Below are positions 48,170-58,443 of a stretch of 64,000 bases of DNA, piece by piece. The notes below the pieces were generated by a model. That model had not been told where the DNA came from. It was given only the letters and a program-made list of their open reading frames with translations, and searched no databases. Within the stretch, counting starts at the first letter, position 1. Every line of letters starts with the position of its first letter. The stretch is from an uncultured bacterium (GTDB lineage Bacteria > Bacteroidota > Ignavibacteria > Kapaibacteriales > UBA2268): contig OW818654.1 in NCBI GenBank assembly GCA_942492935.1, forward strand, positions 3,052,640 to 3,116,639, read 5' to 3'. The position numbers and the translations under genes are program-made.

Positions 48170-48216
48170 AAAAAATCACTAAACCCTTCCGAAAGTTCCA
48201 AACTTTCGGAAGGGTA
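48170..48216 (-). terminator. Terminator downstream of the LRR gene
   Basis: cccttccgaaagtt-ccaa-aactttcggaaggg, a 14-bp stem, followed on the minus strand by tttagtgattttttt. Confidence 0.55.
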
Positions 48217-48295
48217 TCTTCTCCCAGAAAAAAATAAAGGCTGTAATCTTTCGATTACAACCTTGTGATGAGGATAATACTATTTTTTGTTAAAA

Positions 48296-49117
48296 CTAAT
48301 CCTCGCTATCGTCATCTATAATTATTTTCTTAGCAGGCATCAATCTATACATATCAACAAGTTGTTTAATAGAAAACTCGTTACCTTTAAGATTTAATAA
48401 TTCAAGAGATTTCATTTTATAAATACATTCAGGAAGTTTTGTAAATGAATTATTTTGTAATTCAAGCACAGTAAGATTTTTCAGCATACAAATATCTTCT
48501 GGAAGTTGTGATAGTTCGTTGTTTGAAAGAATCAATACTTCCAAATTTCTGAAATTGCCAATTGAAGAAGGAAGTGTGGTTAAATCTTGGTCGTCTAAAT
48601 CAAGTACATAAACATTGTCTGGATTGGCATTTGCATCACGGAGATTATTATAAACAAAGTTTTTGAACTGCTTTTCGGTATCTTTGAAATTGTTTGAATC
48701 AGTCAAATCTAACCCTGCCACAGCTGAAACGGCATCTTTTTGAATTTCATTCATTTCATTGCTAATTTTTTCAATTACAGATTTAATTGCAGCTGGACTT
48801 CCATCTTTTTGATTGACAGATTTTGCAAATAATTCCAAAGCATCAAGGAAATTTTTCATTGCTTCAGCTTTCATTGAAATATCACGATAAAAATATCCAA
48901 GATATTCATTCGAAACAGCTTGCCAATATATAGAATTATTCTTGACTGCAATTTTTTTGCCTTCATTTATATAATGACCAGCTTTATCGAATAACTTTGC
49001 TTCTCTATAAGTGTTACCTAATTTCAAATATCTTATTCCCAATTCAAGATTATCTTTTTGACTATATACAGGGAATAGAAAAGCTAACATCAATATAATA
49101 AATAATAATTTTTTCAT
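48296..49117 (-). CDS. Secreted leucine-rich-repeat protein (TPR-like N-terminal half, about 4 LRRs at the C-terminal half)
   Basis: LTTLPSSIGNFRNLEVLILSNNELSQLPEDICMLKNLTVLELQNNSFTKLPECIYKMKSLELLNL. Confidence 0.7.
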   Translation of the reverse strand: MKKLLFIILMLAFLFPVYSQKDNLELGIRYLKLGNTYREAKLFDKAGHYINEGKKIAVKNNSIYWQAVSNEYLGYFYRDISMKAEAMKNFLDALELFAKSVNQKDGSPAAIKSVIEKISNEMNEIQKDAVSAVAGLDLTDSNNFKDTEKQFKNFVYNNLRDANANPDNVYVLDLDDQDLTTLPSSIGNFRNLEVLILSNNELSQLPEDICMLKNLTVLELQNNSFTKLPECIYKMKSLELLNLKGNEFSIKQLVDMYRLMPAKKIIIDDDSED

Positions 49118-49132
49118 TGTTCTAACCTTTGA

Positions 49133-50221
49133 TTATTGAATTGGAATCCACCAAAAACACATTCTTAAACCTAAACTAAGTGCAGAAAGACTATTTTCAG
49201 CGACTATTGATTTGTTATTTGGAGTATTAAATCCGAAAGAATTATTAGGGAAATATACAGAATATGCAATATATGCTTCTAATGGATAGAATTTTGTATA
49301 TTTGCGGAGGTTCAATTCAAATCTTAAATTTCCGCCTTTCCAATCGCTTCTAATTTGTTCTGCGTTGTAAATTCTACCGCTTCCCCAAAAATATCCTCCT
49401 CCTAACTTAATACCTGCACTAAAGCCATCGAAATCAAAACGTGCTGGAAAATTTATACTTGCACCAACAGAATAAATATTGCTTCTCCAACTTGTCCTAA
49501 TTTCATTCTTCATTTTATCATAAGATATAGTTGAAAAACGAGGCGATAAATACTCGCCATATAATTCAAATATATCAGATGAACCGAGCAGTGGTAATGA
49601 ATTAAAATCTACTCTCACTCCTAATGATGGGTCAGTTTCTGAAAAGTCATTTTTCCAAAAAAACTGATTGCCAAGAACAGATACTGACATTATGGGAACA
49701 CTATTTCTGAAGTTATTCAAATACATCGCATTCATTTTTTTCAAATAAATGTTATTCATAGAATCGCTTGATGCTTTTACAGAAATTTCCTTAATAAACA
49801 ATTCCTTTTCAGCAATATCTTTTTCTTTTTGCAATTCTCTGATTTTATTCCTCAAGTCTGCATTTCCTGTATTTTCAAGCAGTAAAATTTGAGAATATAA
49901 TTTTTTTCCAATTTCAAAGTATTTTGCTACTTCACTTCTCAATACTTTGGATTTTGTTGGAATTGGGTCGGGTAATGAAGGTACACTTTCAAGTGGAATT
50001 TCATTAATTGAAATAAGTTGGCTATGCAATGCAATTGCTTTAGAATATAGGTTGATTAATTCTTTCTGCAATTCTTTTCTTTTCATTGATTCCAAATCAG
50101 CTAATTTGGTGTTATATTCGATAACCGGTTTTACTTTTTCATTTTGCGACAAAAGTATATTTACGCCAAATGTAATTGTAATCATTAGTAGTATCAAAAA
50201 TTTTTTCATTCTAATACCCAT
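49133..50221 (-). CDS. Secreted hypothetical protein (coiled-coil N-terminal half, beta-rich C-terminal half)
   Basis: Signal peptide. Heptad-like region KELQKELINLYSKAIALHSQL. Alternating-pattern C-terminus. Confidence 0.45.
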   Translation of the reverse strand: MGIRMKKFLILLMITITFGVNILLSQNEKVKPVIEYNTKLADLESMKRKELQKELINLYSKAIALHSQLISINEIPLESVPSLPDPIPTKSKVLRSEVAKYFEIGKKLYSQILLLENTGNADLRNKIRELQKEKDIAEKELFIKEISVKASSDSMNNIYLKKMNAMYLNNFRNSVPIMSVSVLGNQFFWKNDFSETDPSLGVRVDFNSLPLLGSSDIFELYGEYLSPRFSTISYDKMKNEIRTSWRSNIYSVGASINFPARFDFDGFSAGIKLGGGYFWGSGRIYNAEQIRSDWKGGNLRFELNLRKYTKFYPLEAYIAYSVYFPNNSFGFNTPNNKSIVAENSLSALSLGLRMCFWWIPIQ

Positions 50222-50317
50222 AAAATTAATAAAATCATTAATTTACAATCAATGTTTGTGCCAAAATAAAAATAAATTGTAACAAAAAACATTTTTTGTA
50301 GTTTTATAACTATTGTT

Positions 50318-50956
50318 TTGTTAATAATGAGTAATATGGTAATTTGGAAGTTTGAAATTTGCCAAAAGTTGAAAATGTTTTTAAAATTAACTTTATTTTT
50401 GCTTATAAATATAAATATATTCTCTTTTTCAGATAAATTATTGAATGATAATGATTTATCGAAAAAAGAACTATTTTTTTCTATTGAAAAAGCTCTCGAA
50501 AATAAAAATAAATGTTATAGACTTTGCCTTGGTGGGCAAAGTATAGTTGAATTGAATGAGGATATAAATCAATTGTCTTTATTGCAAGATTTGAATATTT
50601 CGCAAAATGAAATTTCAACTTTGCCAGAGAAATTTGGGAACTTATTAAATTTAACTGAATTAAATTTATCTGGAAACAAAATAGTAAGATTTCCCACTTC
50701 AATGACAAACTTAAAAAATCTTAAAAGTTTAAACATTTCATCAATGGAAAATCCAGATTGGGAAAATATTTTTCTTATAATTCAAAATCTTACTTCATTA
50801 GAAGTATTGGATATTTCATACAATCAATTGCCATTTCACTTATTCGATAGACTGCCAAAAAGTATCAAGAAAATTTATATTACAGAATGTAATTTAAATG
50901 ATGAGCAGGTGGACATTTTAAGAAAAAAATTTGAAAATATTGAAATTTTAAAATAA
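50318..50956 (+). CDS. Leucine-rich-repeat protein. The real start may be the internal Met before the signal peptide MFLKLTLFLLININIFS.
   Basis: LQDLNISQNEISTLPEKFGNLLNLTELNLSGNKIVRFPTSMTNLKNLKSLNIS. Confidence 0.6.
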   Translation: MLIMSNMVIWKFEICQKLKMFLKLTLFLLININIFSFSDKLLNDNDLSKKELFFSIEKALENKNKCYRLCLGGQSIVELNEDINQLSLLQDLNISQNEISTLPEKFGNLLNLTELNLSGNKIVRFPTSMTNLKNLKSLNISSMENPDWENIFLIIQNLTSLEVLDISYNQLPFHLFDRLPKSIKKIYITECNLNDEQVDILRKKFENIEILK

Positions 50957-50989
50957 ATTATTTATAAATCTTTTTATGGAGTTTTTTTA

Positions 50990-51829
50990 ATGTATATTAA
51001 ATTATTTTTTGCATTTGTTTTAAGTGCATTTTTAGTGTCCTGTGGTTCAGGAGATTCTCTTGGTGATAAAAATCTTAGCAAGCCCAAAGATTTGTTTGAT
51101 TCAGTTGCTTATGTTCAGGGCTTTATCAATGGTGCAAATATGAGGGTTGCAAAATTACGGGACACAATCAAAGTTGACCTCGACTATTATTTTAAAGGTA
51201 TTAGAGATGGTTTAGATTCTAACTATACTTTAGTTGAATACAAATATTTTGATACTGTTGATATGAGATTTCAACAAGAAATGGCAAAAAAAGAAGTTGC
51301 TCGACAAGAATTACAACAAGCTGAAATGAAAAAAAGAGGGGAAAACAATGCCGCTTTGGGACCTAAATTTCTTGAAGATAATAAATCAAAACCTGGCGTA
51401 ACCGTTACTCCAACAGGTTTGCAGTATAAAGTAATTACACAAGGTAAAGGCAAAAAGCCAACTCAAGACCAATTTATTAGATTCCATATTGTAACTAAAC
51501 TTGTAGATGGTACAGTGGTTGATGATACATATCAGAAAGGACAACCAATTGTTGCGCCAGTCGGCAAAGTAATTCCAGGTTGGGTAGAAGCATTTTTATT
51601 GATGAACGTAGGAAGTAAATATGAAGTTGTACTACCACCAAGTATCGCATTTGGTGAAAATGGTGCTGGTTCAATGATTCCTCCAAATGCAGTATTGCAA
51701 AGTACTATTGAATTACTTGATATAGTTGATGAAGCTACATTTAGAGAAGAAATGCAAAAATTGATGCAACAACAGCAACAACAAAATATGCCTCCAGGTG
51801 CTGGAAGACCAAGACCACAAGGTAATTAA
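50990..51829 (+). CDS. FKBP-type peptidyl-prolyl cis-trans isomerase (FkpA-like lipoprotein)
   Basis: Lipobox FLVSCGSG. FKBP domain GLQYKVITQGKG...VIPGWVEAFLLMNVGSKYEVVLPPSIAFGENG. Confidence 0.85.
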   Translation: MYIKLFFAFVLSAFLVSCGSGDSLGDKNLSKPKDLFDSVAYVQGFINGANMRVAKLRDTIKVDLDYYFKGIRDGLDSNYTLVEYKYFDTVDMRFQQEMAKKEVARQELQQAEMKKRGENNAALGPKFLEDNKSKPGVTVTPTGLQYKVITQGKGKKPTQDQFIRFHIVTKLVDGTVVDDTYQKGQPIVAPVGKVIPGWVEAFLLMNVGSKYEVVLPPSIAFGENGAGSMIPPNAVLQSTIELLDIVDEATFREEMQKLMQQQQQQNMPPGAGRPRPQGN

Positions 51830-51844
51830 TTCTGACAATTACAA

Positions 51845-51878
51845 ACAATCCTTGCTTGATGAAGCAAGGATTGTTTTG
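51845..51878 (+). terminator. Terminator of the FKBP gene
   Basis: caatccttgcttg-atg-aagcaaggattg followed by ttttg. Confidence 0.6.
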
Positions 51879-51913
51879 ATAATATGCGATTTTCAACCAA
51901 AGAATAAATTGAT

Positions 51914-52489
51914 ATGATTCTATATTATATTTTTATTTTATTACTTAATTTACAAATTACGTTTATTGCTGATAATAAACAAATAAATGTAACTCATCAA
52001 CTAATCAATAATACTATTTATATTTATTTAGAAGACATACCTCAAATAATAAGTCCAACATATCATTGTGAAGTAAGTAATGGTGTTATTTATACAGATG
52101 ATTTTACTTTGAAAACCGCACCAAATTCATTCTATATTGTATATAGTAATAGTGATTCATTAAGAGTGGGACAGATGACATTACCAACATTAATTAAAAA
52201 TAATAAAGTTCTAATTCCAATTTTTTCATTCTTAGATGTAATGAAAGGACTAAATCAAATGGATTTTTATTATAAAGATGATAATGTTGTTATTACAAAA
52301 AATATCATCCCAAAAAAAATTAATACAATAAATGAAATGCCAATATCAACAATTCAACCAAATAAAAAGGAGTATTTTGAAGATAGCAATAATACAAAGG
52401 ATATTATTTTGCAATATGACTCTACTATAAAAAAAGTACCTAATTATTATGAAGTTCCAAAAAATATAAAGCGAAAAGGTATTAAGTAA
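51914..52489 (+). CDS. Hypothetical protein (AT-rich ORF; may be spurious)
   Basis: ORF only. Asn/Lys/Ile-rich composition. Confidence 0.3.
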   Translation: MILYYIFILLLNLQITFIADNKQINVTHQLINNTIYIYLEDIPQIISPTYHCEVSNGVIYTDDFTLKTAPNSFYIVYSNSDSLRVGQMTLPTLIKNNKVLIPIFSFLDVMKGLNQMDFYYKDDNVVITKNIIPKKINTINEMPISTIQPNKKEYFEDSNNTKDIILQYDSTIKKVPNYYEVPKNIKRKGIK

Positions 52490-52809
52490 AAAATTTATAC
52501 TACAAAAATTCTTTCCAAACTTGTAATTCTAAACTATTTTCAGAACAATAATTCTGTAATTGTATTTTCTCATAGCTAACTTAGCAGTCAAACATCCGAT
52601 GTTTTGGAAAAATCGAATGGTCTGGAAAATAGTTAGCTGAAGTCTGCACGTTATTTTTTCATTTATGTCCTTAATAGTAACAAAATTATTATTTATTTAA
52701 TTTTTGTTCCAATAATCAATATTTCAAAAAAAATATTAATAATTTCAAAAAAAATCTTTGTCATATTCAAAATTTTTCTTAATTTTGTAATTCAATCAGA
52801 AATGATTAC

Positions 52810-52902
<93 letters not shown>

Positions 52903-52908
52903 AGAGAA

Positions 52909-52942
52909 AAGATTTCTACCTTAATAGTAGAAATCTTTTTTA
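52909..52942. terminator. Bidirectional terminator after tRNA-Ser and tsaD
   Basis: aagatttctac-cttaata-gtagaaatctt then tttt. Confidence 0.65.
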
Positions 52943-52997
52943 ATTTTAAAGCCGTATTAAATTTTATTTCGAAGTAATAATTCAACTTTCCTAACTT

Positions 52998-54014
52998 CTA
53001 TCTTTTTGCTCTCAATGCGTTTGAATTAACGGTAAAACAATAATCATAAAAATTTTTGGCTTCAGAGTGCATCAACTTTTTTTCTGCAATAAATCCAATC
53101 ATAGCTGCATTATCAACGCAATAAGTCATTTTAGGTGCAATTGATTTTATTTTCTTTTTTGCTGATTCTTCTGCTAATTTACTTCTCAAGTAACTATTCG
53201 CTGAAACTCCACCTGCAACAGTAATTGTTTTTACTTTAAATTCTAAAGCAGCTTTAATTGATTTGTGAACGAGTACGTCAACAATAGCAGATTGAACAGA
53301 TGCCGAAATATCAGCAATATCTTGTTCAGATAATCCATTTGGAAAATTTTTGCTTATAAAATATCTTACACTGGTTTTAAGACCGCTAAAACTGAAATTG
53401 AAATTATTTTCATAAATCATCGGTCTTGGAAATGAATATTTATTCTTATCACCATTTTTTGCAAATTTATCAATTAAAGGACCACCCGGATATTCTAATC
53501 CAATTAATTTGGCAATTTTATCAAATGCTTCACCAGCTGCATCATCTTTTGTTAAACCAACAATTTCATATTCGGAATATGATTTAACATAAAAAATTGC
53601 AGTATGCCCACCACTAACTACTAAAGAAATAAATGGAAATTCAACAGTTGAGTCTTCCAAACAACCTGAATATAAGTGTCCTTCTATATGGTTTATGGGT
53701 ATAATTGGAATATTCAATTTCAGGGATAATCCTTTCGCAAATCCAGAGCCAACTATTAGTGAACCAGCTAATCCCGGTTCGGTTGTAACTGCAATTGCAT
53801 TTAAATCTGATAAATTTGTGTTTGATTCAGCCAATGCTTGATGTACAATTTCAGAAATAGATTTTATATGCGCTCTTGAAGCTAATTCTGGTACTACACC
53901 ACCATATTTACTATGAAAATGTTGTGATGAAATTATATTGCTCAATACAGTAGTATTATTGATTACTGCTGCCGAGGTTTCATCACAAGAAGATTCGATT
54001 GCAAGGATTTTCAT
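52998..54014 (-). CDS. tsaD: tRNA N6-adenosine threonylcarbamoyltransferase TsaD
   Basis: MKILAIESSCDETSAAV. The metal-binding residues (HxEGH region, HIEGHLYS) are present. Confidence 0.9.
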   Translation of the reverse strand: MKILAIESSCDETSAAVINNTTVLSNIISSQHFHSKYGGVVPELASRAHIKSISEIVHQALAESNTNLSDLNAIAVTTEPGLAGSLIVGSGFAKGLSLKLNIPIIPINHIEGHLYSGCLEDSTVEFPFISLVVSGGHTAIFYVKSYSEYEIVGLTKDDAAGEAFDKIAKLIGLEYPGGPLIDKFAKNGDKNKYSFPRPMIYENNFNFSFSGLKTSVRYFISKNFPNGLSEQDIADISASVQSAIVDVLVHKSIKAALEFKVKTITVAGGVSANSYLRSKLAEESAKKKIKSIAPKMTYCVDNAAMIGFIAEKKLMHSEAKNFYDYCFTVNSNALRAKR

Positions 54015-55281
54015 TCATTCCCCTTTAAATATTCATATAGCATAAACATAGCTGAAGCAATTGCTCTTTGTCTGTTTAGATTTCTATTTGATGAAAATAT
54101 AAATTTTTCAGTTATAGTTTTCTCTCTTGTCGCTAATCCAATATGTATAGTTCCAACCGGTTTTTCATTACTTCCACCATCTGGTCCTGCAATTCCACTT
54201 ATACTAATTCCAAAATCAGTATTAAATTGTTTTCTCACATTTTCTGCCATTTCATAAACAGTTTCATTGCTAACTGCTCCAAATTTTTCAAGAGTATCAG
54301 TTTTAACTTTTAGAATTTCAGATTTAATATAATTTGAATATGAACTTATTCCGCCAACAAAATATGCCGAACTGCCTGATAATTCTGTAAATTCACCACC
54401 AAGCAATCCACCTGTACAAGATTCAGCTACAGAAACAGTTAATTTTTTATCAATTAGCATTTTATGTAATAATTGTGGTATTGTTTCAGTATCAGTTCCA
54501 AAAATATATTTTCCTGCTTTGCTTCTAATAAATGACTCAACTCTTTTGATTATTTCTTTAGCTGTTTCGAAATCTTTCGCATCAGCACCAATTCTCAATT
54601 TAACACCATTAGCTGATGGCAAAAATGCAAGTGTTGCTCCATTTAAAAAATCTTCAGGTGGTCCAATTAAATCAGCCAATGGAGATTCAGGGATATTGAA
54701 CGTTTTCAAAGTTTTATACAAAACTACATTTTTATCAAATTTATGAGAAATTGACTCAATAAAAGGAAATACTTGATTGATTGTAATATCTTTCATTTCT
54801 TCAGGGACACCTGGTAATGAAATCAAATATTTTCCGTTATACTCAAATAACATTCCGGGAGCGGAGCCAGTATTGTTTTCTAAAATTTTACATTTAGAAG
54901 GCAACAACGCTTGTTCTTTAACTTTAGGAGTAATTTTTCTGTTTCTAATTTTGAAAAAATTCTCTAATTTATTCAAAGTATAATCATCATAAACCAAGCT
55001 ATCACCAAAATATTCAGTTAGAACAGATTTTGTAATATCATCATGAGTAGGTCCTAACCCCCTGTTGTAATAATTAAATCAGAAATCTCAAAAAGTCTAT
55101 TAATTTCAGAAACAATAGATTCTTTATCATCACCAACAGTAGAATGTGCTTTTATACGTAAACCTAATTCTGTTAATTTAGACGATAACCACGTAGCATT
55201 TGTATTTGTTATTTGTCCAATTAATATTTCATCACCAATTGTCAAGATACTTATTTGCATATTATCAATTATTATGTTCAT
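54011..55281 (-). pseudogene. cinA: cinA (competence/damage-inducible protein A, NMN deamidase), split by a -1 frameshift into 55054..55281 (MoCF-binding N-terminus) and 54011..54997
   Basis: The N-terminal ORF ends ...DLIITTGG then TAG. Reading one base over gives LGPTHDDIT..., the canonical continuation (ITTGGLGPT.DD). The minus-strand text gggggttaggacc would be in frame as gggggtttaggacc. The gene overlaps tsaD by 4 nt. Confidence 0.7.
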
Positions 55282-55572
55282 AAAAAGTTAATTATAGACG
55301 AATAAAAAGTTGATTTAAGTTATAATAACATCCATCACATTTATAATTTTGGTGTAGCTTTTAGATTTTTGGATTATCAGACGTTTTATTGTTTAGATAT
55401 TTGAAAGTGTAAAACAAATAATTTGAATTGATTAAAACAAATAATAAAATGAAATAATATTTGTATCCAGATAAGGATTAAATGTTTACAACAAAATAAT
55501 TACCTATGAGCCATCTAAATTCAGATGGTTTGAATGATTTTATATTATTCCAAAATCACACTAATACTTTAC

Positions 55573-56922
55573 TTATTTCATATCAATCAATTTGTAAATA
55601 CCATTTGATACTATAGAAAATGTAAATGTTTTATTTAATTTCTTGTAATGCCATATTTCTGTAGTTGTACCATCTTTCAAATTACTTGAAATATCATCGG
55701 CTTGTCCATACAGTATATATACCTTGCCTCTTTCTGTTTTAGAGCCATCTTTTTCTCGGATAGTTTGAAAATTGAAATAAGCATAATCTACTCTTCTAAA
55801 ATACTCAGTCATAGCTTCATTGTAAGGAGTATTTGGAGTAGGGTCTTTAAGTTTCCAGTAATTTAGTATTTTTTTGAATTTGTTAATTTCACTTCCTGAA
55901 TCTATATTATCAAATTCTTCATCTGTAAGTATATGATACATTGACCTAATAGCATAATCAACAGTTTTGAAAGAAAGCGGCATGTCATCCCAAATCACTT
56001 CAAATTTATTTGACATAGAGTCTCTATTGCTTTCGTTGAACACACTTAATTCATATTTTCCGGGTACAAATACATTTGCAGGGATTTCAATATCAATAAT
56101 TCCAGACTTAATTTCCGAATTACTGTTTTCTCTATTAGAAATTTTGTAAATAAATTCATTTCTTGTAGATTTATAATCAAAATCTAATATCGAATTACTA
56201 ATAAAACCAGCTTTCCCAGATAAACTTACAGGTTCATCCCAATATTTACTATTTTCAGAATCTAATTTTTTTATGGTATAATTAAACGATTCGTAACCAC
56301 TTTTGTATGAAACTGGAATTAAAATTCTACTATTTGATGACGTAAATGAAAGATTATTACCTAATACTGAAGGGGAAAAAATTGATTTATCATCTTTATT
56401 TGGTGAATAACCAAATAAAATACTCCCAAAAGATTCTTTTGATTTAAAATTTTTAGTGGCATTAATTTCAAGTTCTTGCTTGAAATCAGTTTTTAGCATT
56501 TTATCATTCATCTGCACTATAATTTTATATTTTGACAAAGGCAGTGTAACAAATAGCTGTCCTAACAAATAGCGGTTTTTTGAATTTGTTTCTTCAAATT
56601 TATCTACATAAACAGTATCTGAAAATGTTGCTCGTTTGCGAATAATGCCATCAGAATCTCTGAATATTGCTTCAAAATTGCCAACTGCAACAAATGAACC
56701 CTTATTTTGCAATGGATTAATTTGCGTGAAAGTAAGTGCATCATACATAATTCTGAAAATAACCAACACATCAGCGGAATCATTTATGTTTGTTGGTAAT
56801 AAATGAGATTCCGCATACAATTGAGTTCCATAAGAGTAATATGCAGTTCTATCAGGCATTTGGCTAAAAGTAATTGAATTTAATAAAATTACTAAAATTA
56901 CTGTTAAATATAATTTATACAT
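55573..56922 (-). CDS. Secreted GWxTD-domain-like protein
   Basis: Signal peptide. C-terminal region KDPTPNTPYNEAMTEYFRRVDYAYFNF...DGSKTERGKVYILYGQADDI resembles the GWxTD family consensus (RDPTP.T..NE...EYY.RV.YA...F....GW.TDRG..YI.YG.P). Confidence 0.5.
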   Translation of the reverse strand: MYKLYLTVILVILLNSITFSQMPDRTAYYSYGTQLYAESHLLPTNINDSADVLVIFRIMYDALTFTQINPLQNKGSFVAVGNFEAIFRDSDGIIRKRATFSDTVYVDKFEETNSKNRYLLGQLFVTLPLSKYKIIVQMNDKMLKTDFKQELEINATKNFKSKESFGSILFGYSPNKDDKSIFSPSVLGNNLSFTSSNSRILIPVSYKSGYESFNYTIKKLDSENSKYWDEPVSLSGKAGFISNSILDFDYKSTRNEFIYKISNRENSNSEIKSGIIDIEIPANVFVPGKYELSVFNESNRDSMSNKFEVIWDDMPLSFKTVDYAIRSMYHILTDEEFDNIDSGSEINKFKKILNYWKLKDPTPNTPYNEAMTEYFRRVDYAYFNFQTIREKDGSKTERGKVYILYGQADDISSNLKDGTTTEIWHYKKLNKTFTFSIVSNGIYKLIDMK

Positions 56923-56926
56923 ATAG

Positions 56927-57385
56927 TTACCATAAATTTTCGTTTAAAAAATCTTTTAATATAATTGCAGCGGCAACTTTATCAATATTGCCTTTTTCAC
57001 GTCTTGCTTTTTTCTTAGTTCCATTAATCAACATAGTATCCATTGCATTAATTGAACTCATTGATTCATCTTGTCTAAAGATAATGAATTTATTATCAGC
57101 ATTCAAAATACTTATAAACTCAGTAATACTTTCTGTAATTTTACTTTCAATATTACCTTTTCTAATTGGATTACCTACAACTATTGCATTTACTCTTTCT
57201 TTATTTAATACATCAAAACATTGTTCCCAAAACGTAGATTGAGTATAATCAAGAACTGCTTTTGGAGAAATACTAATATGTAATTCATCACATACAGCTA
57301 TTCCTACTCTTTTTAATCCAAAATCAATCCCAGCTATTCTGCAATTTGCTAATTGTGTTCTAATATCTTGGTTCATAGTATTCAA
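56927..57385 (-). CDS. ruvX: Putative pre-16S rRNA nuclease / Holliday-junction-resolvase-like YqgF (RuvX)
   Basis: IAGIDFGLKRVGIAVCD and NAIVVGNP motifs of the YqgF/RuvX family. The real start is probably an internal Met. Confidence 0.75.
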   Translation of the reverse strand: MNTMNQDIRTQLANCRIAGIDFGLKRVGIAVCDELHISISPKAVLDYTQSTFWEQCFDVLNKERVNAIVVGNPIRKGNIESKITESITEFISILNADNKFIIFRQDESMSSINAMDTMLINGTKKKARREKGNIDKVAAAIILKDFLNENLW

Positions 57386-57600
57386 TAATTCAAAAAAAGT
57401 AATTCAAAATCTATCAAGCTAAACACTTTAATATAGACGTTATTTAAATTCTGAAATTTTGTTTTGCTATCAGTTTAATAAAAAATCATAATTCCTAAGA
57501 TATAACTATCAACAGTTTCAATTTAATCTAAATTTATATGTGAATTTACTCTTTGAATAATTATTGATATCAGATCGCTATCATAAGTGATTAATAATAA

Positions 57601-57931
57601 TGTAACTACTCACCCGGTTTATAATTTTAATTGTGCTTTGTAATTTGAATGAAAATTTAAGTATATTTGGAACAAGTGGAAAATTAATAATAAAAAAGAA
57701 ATTCCTTGAAAATCCCGTTAGGGATTACCTGTTTGTAATAAAGAAATTTCCCCTAAGTCCAACAATCCCAGCGGGATTGAATAGTTCAAATACATATTCA
57801 ACACCTACGGCGTTGTTGGAAGTCGAGGGAACTTCATCAGTTACAAACATTAATTCCCGATGGGAATTTCAAGGAATTTTTATAAATAAAACAAGAATTC
57901 AATATTATTTTAATACGGGTGAGTAGTTACA
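57601..57931. mobile_element. 331-bp non-autonomous MITE-like element. 16-bp perfect terminal inverted repeats tgtaactactcacccg / cgggtgagtagttaca, flanked by a 9-bp direct repeat taataataa (putative target-site duplication).
   Basis: Left TIR 57601-57616, right TIR 57916-57931. taataataa at 57592-57600 and again at 57932-57940. The interior carries three (a)atccc-N4-gggatt hairpins. The embedded 97-aa ORF is probably non-coding. Confidence 0.7.
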
Positions 57932-58373
57932 TAATAATAAATTCTATGAAATTCCCAGGGATTATATTTTTGAAATAAAATTAGTTAAGAATATGTAAAT
58001 TTACTCTTGCCATTGTATTATTGAATTAGAGTATCTAAATACCTTGCAAACCACTAAGTCAAAGTATAGGGAGTTCAGAACTCTGTTATTAGTTATCATC
58101 TCCCAAAAAAAATATTTAATGATAAAAAATTATATAATTCATGTGAATAACTTTTAAATTGACTTATATTTTTTTTTGTTATAAATATGAAATAAGTGAT
58201 GTGAATAAATTATTTGAAACATTAATAAAAAATATTTTAAAAAAAAATAAAAAAATGTTTAAAAATCGTTTGTTTGTTTAAAAAAATATTTGTAATTTTG
58301 AAATGAGATAAGATTAAATAGAGAAATCAAAGAAGTTCTAAAGAGTACATAGTAAAATAGAAAGACGGTGTGA

Positions 58374-58443
58374 AAACTCTTAACTCTTAACTCTTAACTC
58401 TTAACTCTTAACTCTTAACTCTTAACTCTTAACTCTTAACTCT
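58374..58443. repeat. Heptanucleotide microsatellite (taactct) x ~9, about 250 bp upstream of the BNR/T9SS gene
   Basis: aaactct then taactct x 8, read directly. Confidence 0.9.

Noticed and set aside
51914-52489. Confident protein-coding call for the 191-aa AT-rich ORF
   Set aside because: No motifs and Asn/Lys/Ile-rich composition, in a genome where AT-rich spurious ORFs are expected. Kept only as a low-confidence feature.
57633-57926. 97-aa ORF inside the MITE
   Set aside because: Occupies almost exactly the TIR-to-TIR interval. Low-complexity sequence with no start context. More likely non-coding element interior.
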